The translations under genes and the position numbers were made by a program. The notes under the pieces were generated by a model. It was not told where the DNA came from. It did not search any database and worked only from the letters and a program-made list of their open reading frames with translations. From the NCBI GenBank assembly GCA_038998335.1, contig JAVZHQ010000002.1:9575-73574 (forward strand): 64,000 bases of DNA. Direction: 5' to 3'. Shown piece by piece: positions 46,312 to 55,610 of this stretch (its first letter is position 1; each line of letters opens with the position of its first letter). The DNA comes from Candidatus Aenigmatarchaeota archaeon (lineage in GTDB: Archaea > Aenigmatarchaeota > Aenigmatarchaeia > CG10238-14 > SCSR01).

Positions 46312-46593
46312 ATGGGTAAAAAATTTTTACTGCTTATTCCAATTCTTATTGCTTGTTTGTTATTAATTTTATTGATTTGTTATTTTGGTTTTTTGAGAAA
46401 AAATTACGAACCAGAAATTCAAGAAAGAATGAAAGAATTTTTAATAGATAATCCAAACTCTACCGAAAGTTATGCAAGAGATGTAGTCATTCATGATTTA
46501 GCTATAGAAGAGAAAGACTCTAGTTTATGCGAAAAAATAATTACTAATTGGTTAAAAGAAGATTGCCTGAATTTTTTCAAGGTGAATGAATGA
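46312..46593 (+). CDS. small membrane-anchored protein
   Basis: 93 aa with an N-terminal TM helix. Its stop overlaps the next gene's start. Confidence 0.35.
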   Translation: MGKKFLLLIPILIACLLLILLICYFGFLRKNYEPEIQERMKEFLIDNPNSTESYARDVVIHDLAIEEKDSSLCEKIITNWLKEDCLNFFKVNE

Positions 46594-48404
46594 AAAAAAT
46601 TATTTTTTTAATTTTCATACCACTACTTCTTGTTCCAAATTTAACTCTAGCTCTTACTTGCACTATTTCTACAAGTTGTAACGCGGTAACACTTTTTAAA
46701 ATTTCATCTTTAACTAATGCTCATGCAGAATTGCCAGGGCAAACAAATTACGGATACTATGTTTGTTGCAACGAAAATGGTTTAGGAAATAGTTGTAGTG
46801 GAACTTATACAATAGTATTAAAACTTTCTTCTCAAACCAATGCTCATGTAGAAGAAAAAACTTACATAAACTATGTCAATTCAGTTTGTTTATCTTTATC
46901 TTCTGGGAGTATAGATTGTCAGTATGCTGATGATAATTGTAACAATCTTGGCTCTGATTATGTCTGTGTAGCTTCTATTTCTTCCAGAACAAATGCACAT
47001 GTTGGTGATTGTAACGCATATTCAAGAAAAATATGCTGTAAAGCGGTAGTCTCAGGCCCGCCTACTTGTGTAAGAAGCAATCCTACAGTATCGATTATTC
47101 CGCAATCGCAATCAACTAGTGTAGCAGGAACTACTCTAACTTATACTGTTAGTATTATCAATAACGATAACTTAGCTTGCGGTTCCTCTATTTTCAGCTT
47201 GTCTGTGAATTGTCCTTCAGGTTGGATTTGTAATTTAGCTCAGACTTCTCTTACTGTTTCACCAGGTGGGAACAGCAATTCAACTACAATAAATGTTACT
47301 TCACCTTTAACAGCCTCTCAAGGAACTTATAGTTTTACAGTAAGAGCAACGAACAACAACGACCCTAGCTATTATGGGCAAGGAACCGGAAATTATACAA
47401 TAACACCTTCTGTTAATTGTGTTGGTAATTTAAGCTTAAGCATTTCAGGCTCTGGTACTTGCACAGTAAACGCAAGGGTAACAGCTTCAAATTGCGATGG
47501 AAAAAGTTTTGATGTAAAAGATGAAAGTGGAAATATAAAATGCTCTGGAGTAATTTCAGGAAACAACTTTTTATACGATTGTGCTCCATGGGATGTTGTA
47601 TCAAACGGGGGAATAACTTACACTTATAAGCTGTTTGTAGATAATGTAGAGAATGATAGCGCCCAAGTTACTTGTAACCCTTCTGTTCTTGTTTGTAGTG
47701 GGGATATACAATTAACTCTAGATAAAACTGTTGTCCCTCCTAGTGCTTCTGTAACACCTTCAGCTTCTGGATTATCAAATTGTGACGGGAAAAAGATATC
47801 TTTCAGAGATAACGCTTGCGGCTTAGGAAATGAAGTTTCTAGTTGTATTGTTAGCGGAAATGGTTGCCAAGGCTCATCATTTACTGCACCCTCTAGTGAT
47901 GGTTTTTATCGTTACTATGCTTGCATAGATAAGAATGAAAATGGAAACTTTAACGATCAAGGCGAAAGCGATGACGAAACTCTGCAAGTAGATTCTTCCT
48001 TACAAGCAGATTTTATAGCTTGGTTAGGAATGGAAGAAGTAAATGTTATTACACAACAAAATTTTCCCGTTTCTGTTTATGTTAAAAACACTGGAAGCTT
48101 AAAAGATAATTATGAATTTAAAGTTCAAACTTCTTCTTCAAACGTTCAAGCAAGAGTTTATGATAAAGAAATTTCAAACGTTTTTCCAGGTTCTGTAATT
48201 TCAACAAAAGTAGAAATAAAAGTTCTTGCTCTTTCTTCTCAAGAAGAAGTTAAAGTTAATGTAACTTCAAAAAGTTCAAGAGAAAGCAAAGAACTAACTA
48301 TAACCCTAAAAATTGGAAGTAGTAGTATGAGTGATTTGGATGTTTTATCTGTTCTTTTGATTATAGGTCTTTCGGTAATTTTTTTAATAAAAAGAATGCA
48401 TTAG
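46590..48404 (+). CDS. Cys-rich surface protein with CARDB-like domains and a C-terminal MSDL-TM anchor
   Basis: 604 aa: a signal peptide; three ~45-aa repeats each containing S-x-TNAH; Ig-like/CARDB-like segments (VSIINNDNLACG..., FTVRATNNN...); and the C-terminus ...SSMSDLDVLSVLLIIGLSVIFLIKRMH. Confidence 0.6.
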   Translation: MKKIIFLIFIPLLLVPNLTLALTCTISTSCNAVTLFKISSLTNAHAELPGQTNYGYYVCCNENGLGNSCSGTYTIVLKLSSQTNAHVEEKTYINYVNSVCLSLSSGSIDCQYADDNCNNLGSDYVCVASISSRTNAHVGDCNAYSRKICCKAVVSGPPTCVRSNPTVSIIPQSQSTSVAGTTLTYTVSIINNDNLACGSSIFSLSVNCPSGWICNLAQTSLTVSPGGNSNSTTINVTSPLTASQGTYSFTVRATNNNDPSYYGQGTGNYTITPSVNCVGNLSLSISGSGTCTVNARVTASNCDGKSFDVKDESGNIKCSGVISGNNFLYDCAPWDVVSNGGITYTYKLFVDNVENDSAQVTCNPSVLVCSGDIQLTLDKTVVPPSASVTPSASGLSNCDGKKISFRDNACGLGNEVSSCIVSGNGCQGSSFTAPSSDGFYRYYACIDKNENGNFNDQGESDDETLQVDSSLQADFIAWLGMEEVNVITQQNFPVSVYVKNTGSLKDNYEFKVQTSSSNVQARVYDKEISNVFPGSVISTKVEIKVLALSSQEEVKVNVTSKSSRESKELTITLKIGSSSMSDLDVLSVLLIIGLSVIFLIKRMH

Positions 48405-48415
48405 TAGCTTATGTT

Positions 48416-48733
48416 TTATTCGATATAATTTTTAACTGTCGCTTCAGTTATTATTCCAACATCTATTATCCTGCTGTAAATCAAGGTTTTATTCAGCAAA
48501 GAATCGTAAAGCCTTTGATTTTTTTGTAAGCAAAAGCAGTGATTATCTTTATCTATATGACTAAACTCTGTATCGGGAATAAACTCACAAAATTTTTTAC
48601 AATTTTCTATTAATTGTGATTTAGAGTTTGGTAAAAAGGTGTTGCCTATGAAAATTCCAAGTAAAAAAATAGCTATTGCAAATATTGCATAAGCTAGATA
48701 ATGCTTGATTTTAAAACTTGACATTTTTTTCAT
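48416..48733 (-). CDS. small membrane protein with CxxxC and CFC motifs
   Basis: 105 aa: an N-terminal TM helix, then ENCKKFCEF...HCFCLQ. Confidence 0.35.
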   Translation of the reverse strand: MKKMSSFKIKHYLAYAIFAIAIFLLGIFIGNTFLPNSKSQLIENCKKFCEFIPDTEFSHIDKDNHCFCLQKNQRLYDSLLNKTLIYSRIIDVGIITEATVKNYIE

Positions 48734-48868
48734 AATTGTTTATTTCTTCTTATAAATTTATTGGTTTAAGGTGGAGAGTAGAAGTATGATTAAGAGTTTG
48801 TTTGACGGAAATGCAAAGTGCTTCTTTAAATTAAAATATATTTAGAAATTCCAAACCTAAATATAAAT

Positions 48869-49465
48869 ATGAGAAAAGCTTTACTTTTACCTGTAATCTT
48901 TCTTTTGACGATATCAGGTTTAATTTTATATCTACACTATCAAACAAAAACAGAAGAGCAATTGATAAAAGAGTGTATGGCCATAGCACAAGAAGATAGA
49001 AAGACATGTTTTCCAGGTTCTAGACCTTTCATCATTTGCAAAATTAACGGCAGCCAGATTATTAAAACAGAAAATTTGAGTGATATCAAATGTGGTGAAA
49101 CTATAATGTATACAGTTAATTTAAACTTAGCATCAAAATTACCCGAAAAATTTTATGCTTGTGCCTTGTATGATAAGTTGTTGAATGTAACGGAATGGCG
49201 TTGTATAGAACAAGTCTCATTTCCTGGTATGGCGAAAACATCTTATATAAACGGAAAAGTCTTGACTTGCCTTCATGTGCTTGAATCTAACTCAACCTCA
49301 ATTATGTTTTTCTATAAGGGTGTTGTTCCAAACGTAACCAAAATAAATTTATTAGAATTTTATATTTTCCCTCCTGATGTTCCAGAAATCTCACAAAAAT
49401 ATTTTGAAAATAATCTTAATCTTGGAAAAAAAGTTTACGAGTTATACGGTAATGTAGTATGTTGA
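48869..49465 (+). CDS. secreted Cys-containing protein
   Basis: 198 aa with a signal peptide/TM and 8 Cys. Confidence 0.4.
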   Translation: MRKALLLPVIFLLTISGLILYLHYQTKTEEQLIKECMAIAQEDRKTCFPGSRPFIICKINGSQIIKTENLSDIKCGETIMYTVNLNLASKLPEKFYACALYDKLLNVTEWRCIEQVSFPGMAKTSYINGKVLTCLHVLESNSTSIMFFYKGVVPNVTKINLLEFYIFPPDVPEISQKYFENNLNLGKKVYELYGNVVC

Positions 49466-52224
49466 GAAAAAAAATAAAATTTTTGATTTTTTTCTCGTTT
49501 TTACTTTTTTTAGTAATTTTTTTAAGTATTTCGAAGGGAAATATCTACACCGAGACTGGCTGCTACAAAAGCGGGGACAAGAGAACTTATGATTGCTGGG
49601 CAAGTATCTCCTATAGAAACCCTTGTACCGAATTTTGTGGCTATGATGGTCCAAGTGGATGGGACGCAAAATCTTGCTGGATTAAAATTTGTATAGAGTC
49701 TGGTGCAGAGCCAATGCCGGAATGTTGTAATTATATCGAAGGATGCTCTCCATGCTGTATAAAGGGACAGTTTGGTGCGGAATGCGAAGTAGATGCAGAT
49801 TGTCCGACTGATGGCTGGTATTGCTCTGGTTCGGTAAAGGAATACAGAGACTATTATTGTGGTAGCGTCTCAGGAAATTGTGAGTGTAAATACTCTACAA
49901 GCTCAAGGGAAGATTGCTCAGCAAAATCTTCTTACAATACTGGTGACACTGGTGATCAACCTACTGTTGCTGGAGGATGTTATGACTATACTGGTTGCTC
50001 TGCTGGTAATTGTATAGGCTCTCAACTAAATGAATACTGCTCAGGGAATTCTGTTTATGAATATTATGCAAATGGTGCGTCTTGTTCAGGCTACTGGAAA
50101 AACTGTGAAGATTACGAAAGCTTATATTGTAATTCAGAAGATGGTGATATTTACAGAAACGAATGGCAATGCTCAGGTTCTCCGGGATATTGTAATGACG
50201 GAGCCCCAGATACAAAAATATACGATTGTTCGAATAATTGCTCAGACTCAGATGGAGGAAGGTCATACTTTATTCGAGGAACTGTTACAGACAATAATTT
50301 ATGCTCTTCTGGACAAACTTCTTGCCCAGTAACAACAAAAACAGATGAATGTATAAGCTCGACTGTTTTAAGAGAATATTTTTGCTCTGGAAATGATTAC
50401 TCTTATGAAGATAAGGATTGTACTACCTTAGGTTCTGGATATACATGCTCTAACGGAAAATGTGTAGAAACTATTCCTCCTACTACAACCATAACTCCTA
50501 ATGGCCATGCTTGGACTAATCAAGATGTAAGCTTTACTTTAACTTGCACCGATACTGGTTCAGGCTGTGCAAATACTTACTATAAAATTATAAACGACGG
50601 TGAATCTTGCGGAACAGGATTTTCAACAGGAACCTCAGGAACTGTTACTTGTCCTTCAAACTCAGTTTGTAAAAAAAGAGTTTGTTATTATAGTATAGAT
50701 AATAGTGATAATGTAGAGAGCATCAAGGTAAGTAATATTTTCTACATAGATAAAGAACCACCAAGCACACCTTCACCTTCAGTTTCACCTTCAGGCTGGA
50801 CAAATGTAAACTCATTTAACTTCAGTTGGTCTGTACCTAGCGATGGATCTGGTTCAGGAATTTCAGGTTATTACTGGCATACTAATAATAACCCGGATGC
50901 TTGGACTACTTCAACATCATTACCTCAAGGAAGTTATGCCTATCAAGAAGGAATAAATGTTTTCTACGTAAAAGCAAAAGATATAGCTGGGAATGAAGGT
51001 CCTTACGGAAGTATTAATTATTACTATGACAGCATTCCGCCAACTTTAATAAAATCTCATTCGCCTTTCAGACCAATAACAAATCAGCAAGTTTTATTTG
51101 AAGCAAACGCAAGCGACTCTTCTTCAGGATTATCTTGGATAAAAATTTATGTCGATGGACAAGAGGTAAAGACTTGCACTTACTCTGGAGAAAAAACTCT
51201 TCAAACTTGCAGATATATTGGTGGACCGTATTCTTATGGCTTACATACTTACTATGCTGAAGCAAAAGATATAGCTGGAAACTACATAAGAATACCAGCT
51301 ACAGGAACAAATACTTTTGATGTCACAGCCTGCGGTAATGGAACCGTAGAAACAGTATATGGTGAAGAATGTGAACTCCCAAACACTCAAAACAATAATT
51401 ATTGTGTAAACCCTCCTGATCATTGTGAATCTACTCCTGGAAAGTATTGTACTTATAGTGATTTGTACGGTAATTGTGATGAAAATTGTGTATGCGTACT
51501 TGATACTCCAACTTGCAAATGTTATTGGGGTGGTGACGGTGAAGGAGAAACTTATTGTAACGCTCAATGTGACTCAGATGATGACTGCTTACCAAGTTTA
51601 AGTGGAGATTATTGCTACTATAACAAAAAATGTTTGGAAGATTGCTCATGCTCAGAAGGAGATAAAATGTTTTGCCCTCAAACAGTTCCTTATTTTAATC
51701 CTAACACAAATACTTGCTACTATGGTGATAGGGGTTGTGACCAGAATGGATGTACCTTAAGAACTTGTATGCCTCAATCAAATGAAGCTTGTACACAATA
51801 CGGATGTACTGGTGATATTGATTTTGATTTAAAAGTTGGGGTAGAAAAACTAAGCTCAACAGTTGACCAAAAAATTTCTATAAAAGTTTATGTTAGAAAC
51901 ATAGGAAATTATGAAGATGGCTATAAATTTGAATTAAAAACTACACAAAATGTCCAAGCAAAACTTTACGACGCTGAAATCAGAAATGTTAAACCAAACT
52001 CTTTAGTAACTAATACAATTGAAGCCAAAGTCTTGACCCAAACACAACATGCCGAAATTAATGTAACTGTTAGTTCTATTTTATTACCAGCGCGAAACAA
52101 AACAGCAGTGATAGGAATTAGAGCTGAAAAAGCAAACATGAGTGATTTAAGCACTTTTTCAATAATTTTGCTACTCTTAATTTCCATTTCAGTTTTAACT
52201 AAGGATGTCCTAAACCAAGAGTAA
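49459..52224 (+). CDS. giant Cys-rich surface protein, paralogous at its C-terminus to the 46590-48404 protein
   Basis: 921 aa: a signal peptide; dense Cys/Gly/Asp/Tyr-rich modules; two tandem ~100-aa beta-sandwich repeats (...FYVKAKDIAGNEGPYG... and ...YYAEAKDIAGNYIRIP...); and a C-terminal CARDB-like module plus ANMSDLSTFSIILLLLISISVL anchor, alignable with the 46590 protein. Confidence 0.6.
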   Translation: MLRKKIKFLIFFSFLLFLVIFLSISKGNIYTETGCYKSGDKRTYDCWASISYRNPCTEFCGYDGPSGWDAKSCWIKICIESGAEPMPECCNYIEGCSPCCIKGQFGAECEVDADCPTDGWYCSGSVKEYRDYYCGSVSGNCECKYSTSSREDCSAKSSYNTGDTGDQPTVAGGCYDYTGCSAGNCIGSQLNEYCSGNSVYEYYANGASCSGYWKNCEDYESLYCNSEDGDIYRNEWQCSGSPGYCNDGAPDTKIYDCSNNCSDSDGGRSYFIRGTVTDNNLCSSGQTSCPVTTKTDECISSTVLREYFCSGNDYSYEDKDCTTLGSGYTCSNGKCVETIPPTTTITPNGHAWTNQDVSFTLTCTDTGSGCANTYYKIINDGESCGTGFSTGTSGTVTCPSNSVCKKRVCYYSIDNSDNVESIKVSNIFYIDKEPPSTPSPSVSPSGWTNVNSFNFSWSVPSDGSGSGISGYYWHTNNNPDAWTTSTSLPQGSYAYQEGINVFYVKAKDIAGNEGPYGSINYYYDSIPPTLIKSHSPFRPITNQQVLFEANASDSSSGLSWIKIYVDGQEVKTCTYSGEKTLQTCRYIGGPYSYGLHTYYAEAKDIAGNYIRIPATGTNTFDVTACGNGTVETVYGEECELPNTQNNNYCVNPPDHCESTPGKYCTYSDLYGNCDENCVCVLDTPTCKCYWGGDGEGETYCNAQCDSDDDCLPSLSGDYCYYNKKCLEDCSCSEGDKMFCPQTVPYFNPNTNTCYYGDRGCDQNGCTLRTCMPQSNEACTQYGCTGDIDFDLKVGVEKLSSTVDQKISIKVYVRNIGNYEDGYKFELKTTQNVQAKLYDAEIRNVKPNSLVTNTIEAKVLTQTQHAEINVTVSSILLPARNKTAVIGIRAEKANMSDLSTFSIILLLLISISVLTKDVLNQE

Positions 52225-53233
52225 AAGCATAAACTTCAAAAAAATCTCCATTATAAACGTTTATATAAGAGTTTTCACAACCTAAAGGAACTTTTGTCCC
52301 ACTTTTTTCATGTTTATTAGAAGCCCAAAGCAATAACCATATCAAAATCCATTTTTCTTCGTTATTTATACCACCTTCTGAAAAATCTGAAATCCAAGCA
52401 GCTTTTCCATATTTATCGTTAAGAACAACTGCTGGTGCTATCTCGTTAGCAGTAGTCTTAACATCAGCTTTCAAAAGAACTTTTCTCTCATCTTGTGCTA
52501 TTATTTTATCATAATTTAAGAAATTTGAAAATTGATAGTTTTGACTGAAATTTACTCGCAAATATTTCCATGCTTCGTAAATGATATCTGAGGAACTTTC
52601 AGGTGCTCGAGAAAACTCTAAATGATGAAGATTTGAAAGTGTTCCAACTCCAGTTGTTAACCCAAAAATTTCTCTATGTCCGGAATCTGCGTTAATTTGT
52701 GCATAAGTTATATCTGAAACTTCAACTATTCCGTTACCCTCTGCCAAATATTTTTTCAAAGATTCAAAAGTTTCAGGAACGCTTAAGTCATTATACCCCC
52801 AGATTAGAAGGACATCAGAAACTGGAATTAAAGTTAAATCAGAAGATTTGATCTCAAATTTTATCTCTCTTTCGTTTATTTTCAAGTCAGTTAATAAATT
52901 GGTTAAATCGTTTATCACGTTGGCTGGACATTTACATGCTATGGTAATTTTTTTCTTTATCGCATTTTCTGTTTCTGACCATTCAACAATAGAGCTAGGG
53001 ATTATTTTTCTTTGGTAAAGAGTTTCTTTTAGTTCGTCAAGATTAAAAGAATACTTGTAAAGCTCGTTATTCCTTTCTATTGAAAGGATTATGTCTCTAG
53101 AAAGTAGACTAAGCAAAGCTTTATCCCAGTTATGTTGGAAAGAAATTGGAGGAAAGAAAAAATTAAAGAGTATAAAAATAATTATAGCTGCAGTAATCAT
53201 TTCAACAACAAAAATAAAACCTTTATTTTTCAT
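52199..53233 (-). CDS. pilin-like protein (class III signal peptide), possible minor pilin/tip protein
   Basis: N-terminus MKNKG-FIFVVEMITAAIIIFILF: a KG cleavage motif, a hydrophobic helix, and Glu near +5/+6. 344 aa. Confidence 0.45.
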   Translation of the reverse strand: MKNKGFIFVVEMITAAIIIFILFNFFFPPISFQHNWDKALLSLLSRDIILSIERNNELYKYSFNLDELKETLYQRKIIPSSIVEWSETENAIKKKITIACKCPANVINDLTNLLTDLKINEREIKFEIKSSDLTLIPVSDVLLIWGYNDLSVPETFESLKKYLAEGNGIVEVSDITYAQINADSGHREIFGLTTGVGTLSNLHHLEFSRAPESSSDIIYEAWKYLRVNFSQNYQFSNFLNYDKIIAQDERKVLLKADVKTTANEIAPAVVLNDKYGKAAWISDFSEGGINNEEKWILIWLLLWASNKHEKSGTKVPLGCENSYINVYNGDFFEVYAFTLGLGHP

Positions 53234-53740
53234 TCACCACACCTGAACTATTAATTCAGCATAACCTCCTGAAGAAAAGGCTGCTATTCTTCTCACAGTT
53301 ATGTTTGTTGCAGTAATAACAACTTTTGGAGGAAAACAGTTAATTAAAAGCTGGTTGTTTGATAAATCAAACAAAATCAAAGAAAAATCAAAGTCAGAAC
53401 CAATCTTTTCCTTAACCTTGTAATAATCCTGATTGCAAAAACTTTGAAGCGAATTAATTTTTGCTAAGTTTAAAAGGTTTGTTTTATTTTTTAAGTCGTC
53501 TGAAAGTCCAATTCTTTTAACCGAATCTAACACAAGAGTTTCCCAGTTTGCTGGTTCGCCAAAATCGTTTATCAAAAGTTCAGAAATTTGATAAGCTTCC
53601 AATCTTTTTCTCTCACTTTCCATTTCCTGAAGATAAAGAGGGTAATATCTTAACAGTAAGAAAAAAATGTAAGCTACAAAACTTATAAAAATCCCCATAG
53701 AAGCTATGTACTCAACAAAGCTTAGCTCGCCCTTCATCAT
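53234..53740 (-). CDS. pilin-like protein (class III signal peptide)
   Basis: N-terminus MMKG-ELSFVEYIASMGIFISFVAYIFFLLL. 168 aa. Confidence 0.45.
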   Translation of the reverse strand: MMKGELSFVEYIASMGIFISFVAYIFFLLLRYYPLYLQEMESERKRLEAYQISELLINDFGEPANWETLVLDSVKRIGLSDDLKNKTNLLNLAKINSLQSFCNQDYYKVKEKIGSDFDFSLILFDLSNNQLLINCFPPKVVITATNITVRRIAAFSSGGYAELIVQVW

Positions 53741-54741
53741 ACTCCCATTATCCCGAAGTTTACAAGTATAAAGAAAGAGCCAAAAGTAATGATAGCCATT
53801 ATAATGCTATGCTTAAGCCCTGCTATAGCTGAACCTTCGCTAATTTCGCCTGCAACCAAACCACAAAATATTGATTCAACTATTGCCATTAAAAAGAACA
53901 AAGAAGTATAGTAAGAGCCCATGTTTTCCAGAGCTCTTATGTTACCAAGGTTAAAAACTGAGGCAATACTCCCTAAAATGTCACAAAAAACACAAGAAAG
54001 TTGAGAACAAAAAGCACAAGGGTTTTGCAACCCAATCATTTCTAATTGACCTACAGTTTCTACTTTAAATATAGGGACCATAAGCCTGTTTATTCCAACC
54101 ACTATACCTATAAACAAAAAGTTTATTATATACATGAGAACAACATATTGGCTTAACAAACTTTTCCTTTCTTTTTCGTAATCATCAAGAATTGTCATGT
54201 TTTCTGCAACAGTTTCTAGAGTAGAGATTATATCTCCTCCAGAAAGATAAGCTTCTTTTATTATCTTGGAAACTACGGTAAGCCTTTTGCTTGCTCTAAC
54301 TCTTTCTGCAAATTGATCTAAGACTTTGTCAAAAGACATGCCCCAAGAAATTTGAGATGCCATTTTTTTAATTTCTGGTGTAAGTTTTCCGTACTCATAC
54401 TTGCTAGCTAAAATTACAGAAGTGTGAAGAGGAGAGCCTGACCTTAAAGCTTCAATAACATCTCTTAAGAAGAACGGAAACTTTTCTTCCATTTCTTTTA
54501 TTTCTCTAGTTTTCATATACCTAAAGAAAAACAAAGGACCTGCTATTGCAAAAGCTGAAAGAATTATCGAATTTCCCAAAACTGCTCTATCATTACTGAC
54601 TATTCCTACTATCAAGAAAAAACCAGAGGCTGCTAAAGAAGCTAATAAAACTTTTGTGTTTGTTGTAAGTTCAAACTTTTCAACATAAACCTTAGCTTTT
54701 TTTTCTTTTGTTTTAGCTTTTTTTTCTTCTTTAACCTTCAT
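53737..54741 (-). CDS. type II/IV secretion platform protein, TadB/GspF-like (one T2SSF domain)
   Basis: 334 aa with an N-terminal TM, a cytoplasmic T2SSF-like domain, and C-terminal TMs. It is one half of a FlaJ/PilC-type platform. Confidence 0.7.
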   Translation of the reverse strand: MKVKEEKKAKTKEKKAKVYVEKFELTTNTKVLLASLAASGFFLIVGIVSNDRAVLGNSIILSAFAIAGPLFFFRYMKTREIKEMEEKFPFFLRDVIEALRSGSPLHTSVILASKYEYGKLTPEIKKMASQISWGMSFDKVLDQFAERVRASKRLTVVSKIIKEAYLSGGDIISTLETVAENMTILDDYEKERKSLLSQYVVLMYIINFLFIGIVVGINRLMVPIFKVETVGQLEMIGLQNPCAFCSQLSCVFCDILGSIASVFNLGNIRALENMGSYYTSLFFLMAIVESIFCGLVAGEISEGSAIAGLKHSIIMAIITFGSFFILVNFGIMGV

Positions 54742-55610
54742 TATTCTCCGCCTGGACTTATGCTTTTAACGAAAATTATGAAAGCTACAGAAACAATTGG
54801 TAAGAAAATAAATATTATCACAAACTGAAGGAAAATTATGTTACTTCCTATCCCTGCCAAACCACTAAAAATTGCTGAAAGAATTGTGAAGAAAACTGCA
54901 CCAAGAATTATTGCTGTTATGTAAATCTCTATAAACATGGTTAACTGATGGGAAAACTCATAAAGCTTTCTTCTGTATTCTGTCATAAAAGTTCTTGCTT
55001 TTTCTCTTAAGAACAGGTTAATGTCACCTCCTGTTCTGTTCATGGATAATAAACCCCAGAAAAGTTCTCTGAGATTTTTTGAAGGAGCTCTTTCTACTCC
55101 TCTTTCTAGTGCTGTATTTATATCCATACCAAAAGTTTCTGTATCGTTAACTATTGAGTTTATTTCTTCCGTAAAATAACCATACTCGCTGTAAGTAGAG
55201 AATATTTTAAAAACTTTATGTAAAGGTACTTTTGAGCCTGCGATTGTTGATAAATAAACAGAAGCGAAGGGTAAAATCTTATCTATTTCTTTTGCTCTTT
55301 CTCTTATCACAAGTTTTGGGTAGCTCATCATGGAATAAAAGAATGTCAAGGAAAAAAACACAGAAATAGTAAAAGAAAAAATAAAGCTAAACAAAGGGTT
55401 TTGAGAAAGTATGACAAAAATAAGGCAAAGCATGGGAAATTCTGCACAAAAAACTATTAAGCTTGTTAAAATTGCAACGCTTATGTATTCTTGAAGGGAA
55501 TACCCCATTCTTGCTCTTTTTAAGTCTATTTTTACTTCTGTATAATAGGGAAGAAGCTTTTCTCCCCACTCACCAAAGTATTTCATAGCCAAGCTTGTGT
55601 AAAAACCCAC
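54741..55610 (-). CDS. type II/IV secretion platform protein, TadC-like (second T2SSF domain)
   Basis: 289 aa with the same TM-cytoplasmic-TM topology. It overlaps the downstream platform gene by 1 nt. Confidence 0.7.
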   Translation of the reverse strand: MGFYTSLAMKYFGEWGEKLLPYYTEVKIDLKRARMGYSLQEYISVAILTSLIVFCAEFPMLCLIFVILSQNPLFSFIFSFTISVFFSLTFFYSMMSYPKLVIRERAKEIDKILPFASVYLSTIAGSKVPLHKVFKIFSTYSEYGYFTEEINSIVNDTETFGMDINTALERGVERAPSKNLRELFWGLLSMNRTGGDINLFLREKARTFMTEYRRKLYEFSHQLTMFIEIYITAIILGAVFFTILSAIFSGLAGIGSNIIFLQFVIIFIFLPIVSVAFIIFVKSISPGGE

